Assembly (NCBI GenBank): GCA_965209035.1
Contig: OZ242372.1
Coordinates: forward strand, 648,958 to 712,957
Source of the DNA: Gammaproteobacteria bacterium
GTDB lineage: Bacteria > Pseudomonadota > Gammaproteobacteria > CBDBNL01 > JAAOII01
DNA length: 64,000 nt
Direction of reading: 5' to 3'
Shown: positions 39,839 through 50,093 of the stretch, piece by piece
How the letters are laid out: every line of letters begins with the position of its first letter
Numbering within the stretch: position 1 is the first letter of the stretch
Made by a program: the position numbers and the translations under genes
Notes under the pieces: model-generated
What the model saw: only the letters and a program-made list of their open reading frames with translations
Database searches by the model: none
Told to the model about the DNA's origin: nothing

Positions 39839-40739
39839 TTTTTTGTATCAGTCGGATATATAAAACAATAAAAATCATTAGGATGGCGAACATAATCAGC
39901 GAAAGAGCGGCGGCATCATCCAAACGCCCGAAACGAAATGCCAACTTGTATAAATAAGTTACCAGAATGTCCGTGGCATTTGCGGGACCTCCCTGAGTGG
40001 TGACCCAAATGATCGGGAAAGAATTAAAGACATAAATCATGTTCAACACAATTGCCATGTTCAAAAAAGGACGCATCATTGGCAAGGTGAGGGTGTAAAA
40101 TCTGCGCACATAGTCGGCGCCTTCCACTCTGGCCGCATCATAAATCTCCGCGGAAATAGACGCCAAACCGCCAAGAAAAATTGCAACTGTGAACGGAATA
40201 GAAACAATGATGCCGATGACTATTTGCCAGGCAAATGCGGTGATTGCCGTCCCAAACCAAAATATAGGTTCGTTGATTAACCCGGCCTGACGTAACAGAT
40301 GGTTCATTAACCCGTATTCTCCGTTTAGAACCCAACGCCAAACAATGCCCATCATGGCAAGAGAGATTGCCCAGGGTAACATGATCAAAACACGGGCGAT
40401 GTTTCTGCCGTAAAAATTTTCTCGCAGAATTAATGCCAGGGGCATAGACAAAACAATGGTCCCCGTAACCACAAGGATCATCCATATCAGGGTGCGCGCA
40501 AGAGCGCCAAAAAATAAAGGGTCGGTAAGAACAGTGCCGAAGTTTTCCAGACCGACAAAACCGCGCAGGCTGCCAAAACGACTTACATTATGCGATGCCA
40601 GAATAATGAGCTCCGTTAGCGGGTAAAGAATGACAAATCCCGCAAACAATAATCCGGGAAGGACCATCATATAAGGGAAGTATCCGCCTCTTTGGCGCAA
40701 GTTTTCCTTGGGCCTCACTTTTTCTTCTTGCCGCCGCAC
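39819..40739 (-). CDS. Sugar ABC transporter permease (MalF/UgpA-like)
   Basis: Six TM segments and the EAA motif 'IYDAARVEGADYVRRF'. Start uncertain (could be the internal MMVLPG). Confidence 0.8.
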   Translation of the reverse strand: MRRQEEKVRPKENLRQRGGYFPYMMVLPGLLFAGFVILYPLTELIILASHNVSRFGSLRGFVGLENFGTVLTDPLFFGALARTLIWMILVVTGTIVLSMPLALILRENFYGRNIARVLIMLPWAISLAMMGIVWRWVLNGEYGLMNHLLRQAGLINEPIFWFGTAITAFAWQIVIGIIVSIPFTVAIFLGGLASISAEIYDAARVEGADYVRRFYTLTLPMMRPFLNMAIVLNMIYVFNSFPIIWVTTQGGPANATDILVTYLYKLAFRFGRLDDAAALSLIMFAILMIFIVLYIRLIQKSAKQTI

Positions 40740-40864
40740 TATTATTGCACTCTTATATCACCAAAAAGATGAACGGGGTTCTCTCTTTTTGTTAAATTCA
40801 AAACCGCTGTAAACCGCCATGGCACCGTATAAAACGGTGCCATAACGAGAAATAATTGACTTAT

Positions 40865-42088
40865 TTAATTTTTAATGATGCGATTAACTTGCTTGGCCGC
40901 CCGTCTGAGGTTGGTGCGCGCGTTGCCCTTGCCTTGGTAAGTTTTTTGCAAGGCACTGCCGGTCGCATCCGCAGCTTCTTCCCAACCCTTCAGAGTCGGC
41001 GCAAAGTGCGCATAGGGTAACATGCCGGAAAATGCTTGCAGGTTTGGATCATTGGCAAAGTAAGGATCCGCCGCCACCTTCACGTGCACAGGCATAAATC
41101 CCTCTCCTTTGGTGAACTTGCTGCGCCACTTCTCTTGGAAAATAAAGTCCAGGAATTTAAATGCCGCATCCTTGTTTTTGGAATTTTTGAAAAGAACAAT
41201 GGAGTCTGTCACGCCGTATGTTGCATACCTTTTGGCCTTGGGAATGAGAGCAATACCAAAATCAACATTTGGCGCTTCCGCTTTCATTTGACCCGTCAGC
41301 CAGGGACCGGTAAACATCATACCGAGCCTTCCCTGCTTGAACAGATTCTGAAGGTCTTCGCGCGCATAATCGGTTACACCGGGCTGTGTCAAACCTTTGT
41401 CAATCATCTTTTTATAGAAGTTTGCCGCTTGTATGGCTTCGGGAGAAGCAATGCCACTCTTACCGTCAACGACAATATCACCGCCAAAGGCCCAGAGTGC
41501 GTAATACCAATAAGCATCCGTTTCAATTTCCTTGCCCTGTAAGCCGAATCCATAGGCATCCGGTAAGGCGGAAATTTTTTCGGCAGCTGCGTAAAGTTGA
41601 TCCCAAGTTTCGGGAACGGAAGTTACGCCGGCCTTTGCAAAAAGTTCTTTATTGTAATACATGGCACGGGCCGAGGCGGCTACGGGCAAGCCGTAGGTTT
41701 TGCCGTTCAGAACGGACGGTGCCAGGAAGTTACCAATGAACCTGCTTTTTAACTCGGGCGTCATATGACCGTCCAAGGGTTCAATCACATCTTGGTCGAC
41801 AAAATCCAACAGCCATCTGGTGCCGATAATGGCGATGTCCGCGTTGGCATTGGCGGTAATGTCGGTAGTCAGTTTTTGTAACAGGTTATCCCAGTTAACA
41901 ACTTCCACTTTGACCTTAATGTTTTTGTTCTGTCTTTCAAATGCACGGGCGGCCTCTTCAAAGATGGGGCCGGATTTGGCACTATAGTATGCCACCGTGA
42001 ATCTGACTTCATCGGCTGCTTGAACATTGATGCTCAAGAACCCGAAAGATAAAAGAAAGATATAAAAAAGAGTTTTGATTTTTTTCAT
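40865..42088 (-). CDS. Extracellular solute-binding protein (family 1, sugar ABC)
   Basis: Signal peptide (MKKIKTLFYIFLLSFGFLSINVQA) and a roughly 380-aa periplasmic binding-protein fold with typical Trp/Tyr-rich segments. Confidence 0.8.
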   Translation of the reverse strand: MKKIKTLFYIFLLSFGFLSINVQAADEVRFTVAYYSAKSGPIFEEAARAFERQNKNIKVKVEVVNWDNLLQKLTTDITANANADIAIIGTRWLLDFVDQDVIEPLDGHMTPELKSRFIGNFLAPSVLNGKTYGLPVAASARAMYYNKELFAKAGVTSVPETWDQLYAAAEKISALPDAYGFGLQGKEIETDAYWYYALWAFGGDIVVDGKSGIASPEAIQAANFYKKMIDKGLTQPGVTDYAREDLQNLFKQGRLGMMFTGPWLTGQMKAEAPNVDFGIALIPKAKRYATYGVTDSIVLFKNSKNKDAAFKFLDFIFQEKWRSKFTKGEGFMPVHVKVAADPYFANDPNLQAFSGMLPYAHFAPTLKGWEEAADATGSALQKTYQGKGNARTNLRRAAKQVNRIIKN

Positions 42089-42362
42089 ACTAATTATGTT
42101 CTCCTTAATGAATGATTTGATTAAAAGTAATATGCCGGATGTTATGGCAAGAGAACATCGCCCTGTTCAATCCACGGACTGAATGCGGCGACCTTCTCTT
42201 TTTGTATAACATCTGTCATTTGTTTATTATATACACAAAATTGGATTTTTGTCACTTAAAAGAAAAAACGGACTTCGGGACCGAGAGCTCGCCCCCCGGA
42301 AAATCTCCCCGGAAGAGATAATATCAACAACAAAGTTCCAAATAATTCTCCCGTTGTTTATA

Positions 42363-43355
42363 ATGGAAAGCATGAAAGGACTTATCCTTAACCAAGATAC
42401 GGAGGGAAAAACTCTCGCTCAGGTGACAGCAATTGACGAAGCACAATTGCCCGAAGGAGATATCACTATTAATGTGGGTTATTCCGCCATTAACTATAAA
42501 GATGCACTCGCTATTACCGGTAAAGGCAAAATTGTCCGGTCGTTTCCGTTTGTGCCGGGTATTGACTTATGCGGCGAGGTTTGTGCTTCTGCAAATGCCT
42601 CCTTCCCGGTAGGGATGAAAGTCGTTGCTACCGGTTGGGGCATAGGAGAACGCCATTGGGGCGGGCTTGCGGAAAAAGCGCGTCTAAAAGCAAAATGGGT
42701 TACCCCCCTGCCGGAGGAATTGGATGAGATTTCAGCAATGTCACTCGGTACCGCGGGGATTACGGCAATGTTGTGTGTTGATGCATTGAGATCAACAGAT
42801 CCCGGGAAAGGCCCCATGATCGTCAGCGGCGCGAGCGGCGGCGTCGGGAGTTTGGCGGTGAAGTTACTTGCCGAACTCGGTTATGAGGTGACCGCGGTCA
42901 CTTCGGAGGCCGGTAAGGATTGGGTGCGAGAATTGGGCGCAAAACAATGTGTGATGCGAGAAGAAATGGCAAAAGAATGCCGACCTTTGGAAGGAGCAAA
43001 ATGGGCCGGGGGCGCGGACACGGTCGGTGGCACAGTGTTGTCCCGTATTCTGGCAGAATCTATGCCGGGTAGTTCGGTCGCAGCCTGCGGTTTGGCGGGC
43101 GGAGTTTCCTTAAAGACGACTGTGATGCCGTTTATTTTACGCGGCGTCAAACTAATCGGTATAGACAGTGTTTATATAGAACCCGCAAAACGCGTTGAAT
43201 TGTGGCAGTTTTTGGCAAAAACATTGAAAAGGGATTTTCTACACAAAATGGCAACCGTCATATCATTGGATGAGGCAGCCACATACGGCGAACAGATATT
43301 GAAAGGTGAAACTACGGGCCGTATTGTTGTTGATGTAAAAAAAAATAAAGATTGA
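42363..43355 (+). CDS. MDR-superfamily NAD(P)H-dependent oxidoreductase, YhdH/AcuI (acrylyl-CoA reductase)-like
   Basis: Zn-free MDR fold. 'GASGGVGSLAVKLLAELGYEVTAV' Rossmann motif and YhdH-like N-terminal domain. Confidence 0.7.
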   Translation: MESMKGLILNQDTEGKTLAQVTAIDEAQLPEGDITINVGYSAINYKDALAITGKGKIVRSFPFVPGIDLCGEVCASANASFPVGMKVVATGWGIGERHWGGLAEKARLKAKWVTPLPEELDEISAMSLGTAGITAMLCVDALRSTDPGKGPMIVSGASGGVGSLAVKLLAELGYEVTAVTSEAGKDWVRELGAKQCVMREEMAKECRPLEGAKWAGGADTVGGTVLSRILAESMPGSSVAACGLAGGVSLKTTVMPFILRGVKLIGIDSVYIEPAKRVELWQFLAKTLKRDFLHKMATVISLDEAATYGEQILKGETTGRIVVDVKKNKD

Positions 43356-43426
43356 CCGTATATCCTTACCTAATGACTAATTTAACCCTATAATGACATT
43401 GTGGAGGTACCAAAGAAACAACTATT

Positions 43427-44647
43427 ATGAAAAACAACGAAGCGATTTATCTTGATTATTCGGCAACTACGCCGGTGGATCCCCGTGTTGCCAAAAAGAT
43501 GATACATTATCTTGACCCAAACGGCGTTTACGGTAATCCGGCTTCCCGTTCGCATTCATTTGGGTGGAAAGCCGAAGAGGCGGTGGAACATGCCCGCCAA
43601 CAAATTGCGGATTTACTAAACTGTGACCCGCGGGAAATTGTTTGGACTTCCGGTGCAACCGAAAGCGACAATTTGTGCATCAAGGGGGCCGCTCACTTTT
43701 ACGCAAAAAAGGGGAAGCATCTCATTACTTCAAAAATAGAGCATAAGGCTGTGCTGGATACCTGCAGACAATTGGAAAGAGAAGGCTACGAGGTGACTTA
43801 TTTGGATCCGGACAGTGACGGAATGATAAGCCCACAACAGGTGGCGGATGCTATCCGAGAAGATACGACTTTAGTAAGTCTAATGCATGTTAATAATGAA
43901 ATTGGCGTTATTAACGACATCAAAGCGATTGGCGAAGTTACGAGAAGTAAAGGCGTTTTGTTTCATACGGATGCGGCGCAAAGTCCGGGGAAGGTTCCCA
44001 TAGATCTGCAAGAAATGAAAGTGGATTTGATGAGCCTTTCGGCACACAAGGTATACGGGCCAAAAGGCATAGGCGCAGCCTTTGTGCGGCGCAAGCCCAG
44101 AGCACGAATAGAAGCACAAATGCACGGCGGCGGACATGAACGCGGGATGCGCTCCGGCACTTTGCCAACACATCAAATCGTCGGCATGGGAGAAGCATTT
44201 GCTATCGCCAAGCAGGATCTGCGGAAAGATTACAAAAAAATCGAGCAACTTCATCAAAGATTTTGGCGACAAATAAAGGATATGGAAGAAGTTTATGTTA
44301 ACGGTTCCGTTACGCAACGCGTCCCTCATAATCTCAATGTTAGTTTTAATTACATAGAAGGTGAGTCTTTGATGATGGCACTTAAGGACTTGGCGGTTTC
44401 TTCCGGGTCTGCCTGCACTTCCGCCAGTTTGGAACCGTCTTATGTTTTACGCGCTTTGGGAAGAAACGACGAACTCGCACACAGTTCCATTCGGTTTTCT
44501 TTTGGAAGGTTCACCACAGAAGAACAGGTGGACAGAGCCGCCGCGGGGCTCCGGCATGCCGTCACAAAATTGAGAGGACTTTCTCCGCTGTGGGATCTTT
44601 ACAAAGACGGTGTCGATCTAAATACGATTGAATGGGCGACACATTAA
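43427..44647 (+). CDS. iscS: Cysteine desulfurase IscS
   Basis: PLP-Lys region '[12 protein letters not shown]' and the 'SSGSACTS' active-site Cys loop. Followed by iscU. Confidence 0.92.
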   Translation: MKNNEAIYLDYSATTPVDPRVAKKMIHYLDPNGVYGNPASRSHSFGWKAEEAVEHARQQIADLLNCDPREIVWTSGATESDNLCIKGAAHFYAKKGKHLITSKIEHKAVLDTCRQLEREGYEVTYLDPDSDGMISPQQVADAIREDTTLVSLMHVNNEIGVINDIKAIGEVTRSKGVLFHTDAAQSPGKVPIDLQEMKVDLMSLSAHKVYGPKGIGAAFVRRKPRARIEAQMHGGGHERGMRSGTLPTHQIVGMGEAFAIAKQDLRKDYKKIEQLHQRFWRQIKDMEEVYVNGSVTQRVPHNLNVSFNYIEGESLMMALKDLAVSSGSACTSASLEPSYVLRALGRNDELAHSSIRFSFGRFTTEEQVDRAAAGLRHAVTKLRGLSPLWDLYKDGVDLNTIEWATH

Positions 44648-44711
44648 TCATTAATTAGAATTAGGAATCCGATTTAATTTAACTATACTATATTTTTAAG
44701 AGGTAATCATA

Positions 44712-45134
44712 ATGGCATATAGCGATAAAGTAATCAATCATTACGAGAATCCGCGTAATGTGGGCACATTGGACAGTAAGTCGTCCGAAGTAGGAACGGG
44801 TATGGTGGGTGCACCGGCTTGCGGTGATGTAATGCGTCTGCAAATCAAGGTGAACAAAGAAGGTGTGATAGAAGACGCCAAGTTTAAGACCTATGGTTGC
44901 GGTTCTGCAATTGCTTCCAGTTCTCTTGCTACCGAATGGATGAAAGGTAAGACAATCGAAGAGGCCGGTAAAATTAAGAATACTGAGATCGTGGAAGAAC
45001 TTGCTTTGCCTCCTGTCAAGATACATTGTTCGGTTTTGGCCGAAGATGCTATCAAGGCGGCAGTGGAAGACTACAAAAAGAAACAAACAAAAGATTCAGA
45101 GCCACAATCCACACAAGCAGTTGCATCCTCTTAA
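44712..45134 (+). CDS. iscU: Fe-S cluster assembly scaffold IscU
   Basis: 'APACGDVMRLQ', 'GCGSAIASSS' and 'LPPVKIHCSVLAEDA' conserved Cys motifs. Confidence 0.93.
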   Translation: MAYSDKVINHYENPRNVGTLDSKSSEVGTGMVGAPACGDVMRLQIKVNKEGVIEDAKFKTYGCGSAIASSSLATEWMKGKTIEEAGKIKNTEIVEELALPPVKIHCSVLAEDAIKAAVEDYKKKQTKDSEPQSTQAVASS

Positions 45135-45147
45135 GGGGAGCGAAGCA

Positions 45148-45504
45148 TTGCCGGGGAATCGTAAGAACGAAGCCGATGGTGGTTGTATTTCTTTGTCGGA
45201 AAATGCAGTCGAACACATTCGCAAGCAACTTAGTCAGCGCGGTAGCGGTTTGGGCATTCGGGTTGGTGTTCGCACAACCGGATGCTCCGGTCTTTCTTAT
45301 GTACTGGAATTCGTTGATAAAAAAAACGAAAAAGATGAGGTTTTTGAAAGCGGGGGTGTGCACATCTTTATAGACCCCGAAAGTTTTCCTTTTTTACGCG
45401 GAATCACGATGGATTATACAAAAGAAGGTCTAAACGAGGGATTTTGCTTTGTTAATCCGAACTCCAAAGGAGAATGCGGCTGCGGAGAAAGCTTTCATAC
45501 TTAA
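45148..45504 (+). CDS. iscA: Fe-S cluster insertion protein IscA (HesB family)
   Basis: C-terminal 'CGCGESF' A-type carrier motif. Start uncertain (TTG at 45148 proposed). Confidence 0.7.
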   Translation: MPGNRKNEADGGCISLSENAVEHIRKQLSQRGSGLGIRVGVRTTGCSGLSYVLEFVDKKNEKDEVFESGGVHIFIDPESFPFLRGITMDYTKEGLNEGFCFVNPNSKGECGCGESFHT

Positions 45505-45535
45505 TGATTTGATCCCCAAACAGCGGGATGATATG

Positions 45536-45569
45536 ATAAACCTTTCTTTTGAAAGGTTTTTTTATGTTT
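45536..45569 (+). terminator. Putative rho-independent terminator after iscA
   Basis: AAACCTTTC-TTTT-GAAAGGTTT hairpin followed by a TTTTTTAT run. Confidence 0.5.
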
Positions 45570-45680
45570 GTCGGATTACTTCCTTTTTGTTCCCCCGGGG
45601 CTTAGCTTATATTGGGGTATTTGTTGTATTGCGAGAGTTAGAGTTACTTCCTCTTTACTTCCCTTCTCCCCGGTTCTTGC

Positions 45681-48600
45681 TTATAGGACCGCGTCATCGG
45701 CGGAAACCTGAGCATCATCCGATTTGGAAGCGGGTTCTTCGCCGTTTATATCTTCTGTTACTGAGTTCTCACCGGCTTCGGCTTGCTGCTGTTGAATACT
45801 CTTATAATACGAAAAACCCGTGCCCGCGGGTATCAGGCGACCCACAATTACATTTTCTTTCAATCCTTTTAGCGTATCTTCCTTGGCATGGATAGCCGCT
45901 TCTGTGAGGACACGCGTTGTCTCTTGAAAGGATGCCGCGGAAATAAATGACTCGGTGGACAAGGAAGCACGAGTGATACCCAGTAAGATGTGTTTATATT
46001 GTGCCGGCTTTTTCTTATCTTCTTTGAGTTGGTGATTCATCTCCAGCAAGCGATTATACCCTATTTGATCGCCTGTAATTAAGTCGGAATCACCCGGATT
46101 GGTGATGCTTACTTTACGCAACATCTGTGAGATAATCACTTCTATGTGCTTATCGTCAATATGAACACCCTGTGATCTGTAGATGTTTTGAACCTCGCGC
46201 ACCATATATTCAACCAGACTCCCTACCCCTTTGAGAGCAAGAATGTCATGCGGATTATAGATACCTTCACAAAGCATATCTCCTACCGCAACCGGATTAC
46301 CGTCAAACACGCTGATGTGACGACGCTTGGGAATCGCGATCTCATTCAATAGTTCTTCCCGGGCTGAAAGAATCCGGACCTTTATCTTATCTTTGGTCTC
46401 CTTGCCGAACTTGACTGTTCCGGCAACGGGGGCAAGGATTGCGGCATCTTTGGGGACACGTGCTTCAAAAATATCCGCAACACGCGGTAAGCCACCGGTA
46501 ATGTCGCTGGACTTTTGCTCTTCTATGGCAATTCTGGCGATAGCATCTCCTTCGCTAACTTTTGCTCCTTCCTCAAGAGAAACTACCGACCGGGCGGGAA
46601 GAACATAAACCAAGAGTCTTTCCGTGCCGGGTTCATGAATTTGTTTTTTATTTTTATCTACCAGGTAGATCGCCGGCTTTAAATCCCTGCCAGTTGTGGG
46701 TCTTTCAAGGGGATTGATCACCTCAATAGAAGTTGTCCCGGTCATCTTGTCTGTCTGACGACGAATACTCATGTTTTCTTCAAAATCGGCAAAAAGCAAA
46801 TATCCGTTCACCTCGGCAATAATGGGCATGTTGTGTGGTTCCCATACTGCTATTGTTTGACCGCCCGTTACTTTTTCGCCATTTTTTACCGAGATAATGG
46901 CACCATAGATAATCTTGTAATTTTCACATTCGCGATCATTGACATCCAGAATAGACAAACTACCGGAACGGGAAGTGACGACATAACAATCGTCTTTGTT
47001 TTTCACATAGGTAATGTTATTAAAACGCACCGTACCACCTATCTTAACAGTCACATTGCTGTCGCGAGTTTGCCGACTTGCCGCACCTCCCACATGAAAG
47101 GTTCGCATGGTTAATTGGGTGCCGGGTTCGCCGATAGACTGGGCGGCGATGATACCAACCGCTTCGCCTATATTTACAAGTGCTCCGCGTGCCAAGTCAA
47201 TACCATAGCATTTTTTACATATCCCGTGCTTGGTTTGACATGTAATGGAGGATCGCACATAAACTTGATTAATATGATACTCTTCAAGGACTTTCAGTTT
47301 CTCTTCATCTACATATGTCCCTTTCGGCAATATCACCTTATTATTTGCCGCGACGATATCCTTGGCAAGTATCCGACCAAATACCCGTTCCGATAAAGAA
47401 ATCGTTGTGGTTCCTCCTTCAATAACAGCACTCATACTGACACCCCGCTCGGTTTCGCAATCTTCTTCCGTGATGATGACATCTTGTGAAATATCAACCA
47501 ACCGGCGCGTCAAGTAACCGGAGTTAGCAGTCTTCAACGCCGTATCCGCCAGCCCTTTGCGTGCTCCGTGTGTGGATATAAAGTATTGCAGAACCGAAAG
47601 GCCCTCGCGAAAGTTGGCGGTGATTGCGGTTTCAATGATAGAGCCATCGGGTTTGGCCATCAGACCGCGCATGGCCGCCAGTTGCCGAATTTGCTGTTCG
47701 GAACCTCTTGCGCCGGAATCGGCCATCATGTATACGGAGTTAAAAGATTCTTCTTCCACCGGGTCTTCCGTCTTATCCTTACTTGGCACAACCTCTTTGC
47801 TCATTCCAATCATCATTTCTTTGGAAACTCTGTCACCGGCATTTGACCAGAGATCAACGACCTTGTTATACTTCTCACCTTGCGTGATAAGACCTTCAGA
47901 AAATTGCTTTTCTATAAATACCACTTCTTTTTCCACCCCTTGCAATATGGTTTTCTTTGTCTTCGGAATCTGAAGATCTTCCACCGCGATAGATGTCCCG
48001 GAAGATGTCGCATATTGAAATCCAAGATACATTAACTGATCCGCAAAAACAACCGTATCTTTCAAACCCAAACGACGATAGCTGATATCCACCAGATTTG
48101 AGATATTCCCTTTTTTCATGGTTGTATTCACCGGATAAAAATCTATCCCGCGCGGAACAATCCCAAACAAAATGACTCTTCCCGTTGTTGTGGTGTAAAT
48201 CCTTTCTTCCATAATCTCATGGCCGTTCTCGTCAATGGAATAGGACTTAATTCTGGCACGAATACGAGCATGCAGGGCAACTTCTCCGTTATGATAGGCA
48301 CGCTCCACTTCGGCGGCATCGGCGAATAACATATTTTCGCCCTTGGAATTCAGTTTTTCACGCGTTAAATAATACAAGCCAAGAACAATATCCTGCGAGG
48401 GGACAATGATCGGGGCTCCGTTTGCCGGCGACAAGATGTTGTTGGTTGACATCATAAGAACACGTGCCTCTTCCTGCGCCTCGTAACTCAACGGAACATA
48501 TACCCCCATCTGATCTCCGTCAAAATCGGCGTTATAGGCGGCACATACCAAAGGATGGAGCTGAATTGCCTTGCCTTCTATGAGGACCGGTTCAAATGCT

Positions 48601-50033
48601 TGAATTCCCAAGCGATGCAAAGTGGGTGCCCGATTGAGCAAAACAGGATGCTGCTTGATAACTTCCGCCAGTATATCCCACAGACTTGCATCTTCCCTTT
48701 CCACAATTTGCTTGGCCTCTTTGATGCTGCTCGCTTCACCGCGATTAATTAATTTGGAAAATACAAACGGCTTAAACAATTCTATTGCCATTTTTTTTGG
48801 CAAGCCACATTCATGCAGTTTAAGATCCGGTCCCACCGCAATAACCGAACGGCCGGAATAGTCCACTCGCTTTCCAAGCAAGTTTTGTCGAAACCGTCCC
48901 TGTTTGCCCTTGATCATGTCCACCAAGGATTTAAGCGGCCGCTTATTATGGTCCACCAGAGGTTGGTTGTCCCGACTATTGTCCAGTAACCGATCTACGG
49001 ATTCTTGCAGCATGCGTTTTTCATTGTTTATGATAATTTCCGGGGCATGCAAATCCAACAGTTTCTTAAGGCGGCCGTTACGATTAATGACCCGGCGATA
49101 GCAGTCATTTAGATCGGAAGCGGCAAAGCGACCGCCCTCCAACGGAACCAAGGGGCGTAATTCCGGCGGCAACACGGGGAGAACCTTAAATATCATCCAA
49201 GAAGGTTTGTTCTTGCCGGCATCAAACGCCTCCAACACTTTTAACCTGGCAGAAAGTTTTCTTTCAGTGAGTTCGGAACGACGACGTGCCGCCGTCAATT
49301 GAAGACGAACCGCCTTAATTTGTTCGGGAATGTCCACTTTTTCGATCATCTCCAATATGGCTTCGGCCCCCATTCCAACTCGGAATGCGTTCGGGTCGGG
49401 ATACTCCTCGCGCAGATGATGATATTCTTCCTCCGTGAGAATTTGCCCGACTTTGACTTGCTTGGTTTCCGATTCGTCTTTGTCTTTTTTATCTTTTTTA
49501 CCTTTCTTATCTTTTGTCTCTTTCTTATCTTTTGTCTCTTTCTTACCCGTTTCGCTTTTATCGGTCTTTTCGGCAGCGACATCCAAAATGACATGGGATT
49601 CAAAGTAAAGAATTCGCTCCAAACTCCTCAAAGGAAGTCCCAAAAATAAAGCAAGGCGAGAAGGCAATGACTTGAGAAACCAGATATGTGCCACGGGGCT
49701 GGCAAGTTCAATATGTCCCATACGCGTTCGCCGAACTTTGGAAAGTGTGACCTCCACACCGCATTTTTCGCAAACAACACCGCGATGTCGCTGCCTTTTA
49801 TACTTGCCGCAAAGACATTCGTAATCTTTGATGGGGCCGAAAATTCTGGCACAAAAGAGCCCGTCTCTCTCGGGCTTAAAAGTGCGATAATTGATGGTCT
49901 CGGATTTCTTAACTTCTCCGTAAGACCAAGAACGAATAGTTTCCGGAGATGCCAGGCGAATAAAAACCGAGCGGATTTCTTTGCGAGCCTCTGTGCCGAT
50001 CTCCTTATTATTGTTTATCATTTCATCAATCAT
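45681..50033 (-). CDS. rpoC: DNA-directed RNA polymerase subunit beta'
   Basis: N-terminal zinc finger 'CLCGKYKR...CEKCGVEV', the 'NADFDGDQM' catalytic motif, and full-length collinearity. Carries a K/E/T-rich insert of about 40 aa near residue 170. Confidence 0.97.
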   Translation of the reverse strand: MIDEMINNNKEIGTEARKEIRSVFIRLASPETIRSWSYGEVKKSETINYRTFKPERDGLFCARIFGPIKDYECLCGKYKRQRHRGVVCEKCGVEVTLSKVRRTRMGHIELASPVAHIWFLKSLPSRLALFLGLPLRSLERILYFESHVILDVAAEKTDKSETGKKETKDKKETKDKKGKKDKKDKDESETKQVKVGQILTEEEYHHLREEYPDPNAFRVGMGAEAILEMIEKVDIPEQIKAVRLQLTAARRRSELTERKLSARLKVLEAFDAGKNKPSWMIFKVLPVLPPELRPLVPLEGGRFAASDLNDCYRRVINRNGRLKKLLDLHAPEIIINNEKRMLQESVDRLLDNSRDNQPLVDHNKRPLKSLVDMIKGKQGRFRQNLLGKRVDYSGRSVIAVGPDLKLHECGLPKKMAIELFKPFVFSKLINRGEASSIKEAKQIVEREDASLWDILAEVIKQHPVLLNRAPTLHRLGIQAFEPVLIEGKAIQLHPLVCAAYNADFDGDQMGVYVPLSYEAQEEARVLMMSTNNILSPANGAPIIVPSQDIVLGLYYLTREKLNSKGENMLFADAAEVERAYHNGEVALHARIRARIKSYSIDENGHEIMEERIYTTTTGRVILFGIVPRGIDFYPVNTTMKKGNISNLVDISYRRLGLKDTVVFADQLMYLGFQYATSSGTSIAVEDLQIPKTKKTILQGVEKEVVFIEKQFSEGLITQGEKYNKVVDLWSNAGDRVSKEMMIGMSKEVVPSKDKTEDPVEEESFNSVYMMADSGARGSEQQIRQLAAMRGLMAKPDGSIIETAITANFREGLSVLQYFISTHGARKGLADTALKTANSGYLTRRLVDISQDVIITEEDCETERGVSMSAVIEGGTTTISLSERVFGRILAKDIVAANNKVILPKGTYVDEEKLKVLEEYHINQVYVRSSITCQTKHGICKKCYGIDLARGALVNIGEAVGIIAAQSIGEPGTQLTMRTFHVGGAASRQTRDSNVTVKIGGTVRFNNITYVKNKDDCYVVTSRSGSLSILDVNDRECENYKIIYGAIISVKNGEKVTGGQTIAVWEPHNMPIIAEVNGYLLFADFEENMSIRRQTDKMTGTTSIEVINPLERPTTGRDLKPAIYLVDKNKKQIHEPGTERLLVYVLPARSVVSLEEGAKVSEGDAIARIAIEEQKSSDITGGLPRVADIFEARVPKDAAILAPVAGTVKFGKETKDKIKVRILSAREELLNEIAIPKRRHISVFDGNPVAVGDMLCEGIYNPHDILALKGVGSLVEYMVREVQNIYRSQGVHIDDKHIEVIISQMLRKVSITNPGDSDLITGDQIGYNRLLEMNHQLKEDKKKPAQYKHILLGITRASLSTESFISAASFQETTRVLTEAAIHAKEDTLKGLKENVIVGRLIPAGTGFSYYKSIQQQQAEAGENSVTEDINGEEPASKSDDAQVSADDAVL

Positions 50034-50093
50034 ATATTTACTCCGTGAAAAATTGAAAAAAAATTAATTCTTGTAATCCTAGTTTTTGTAATC

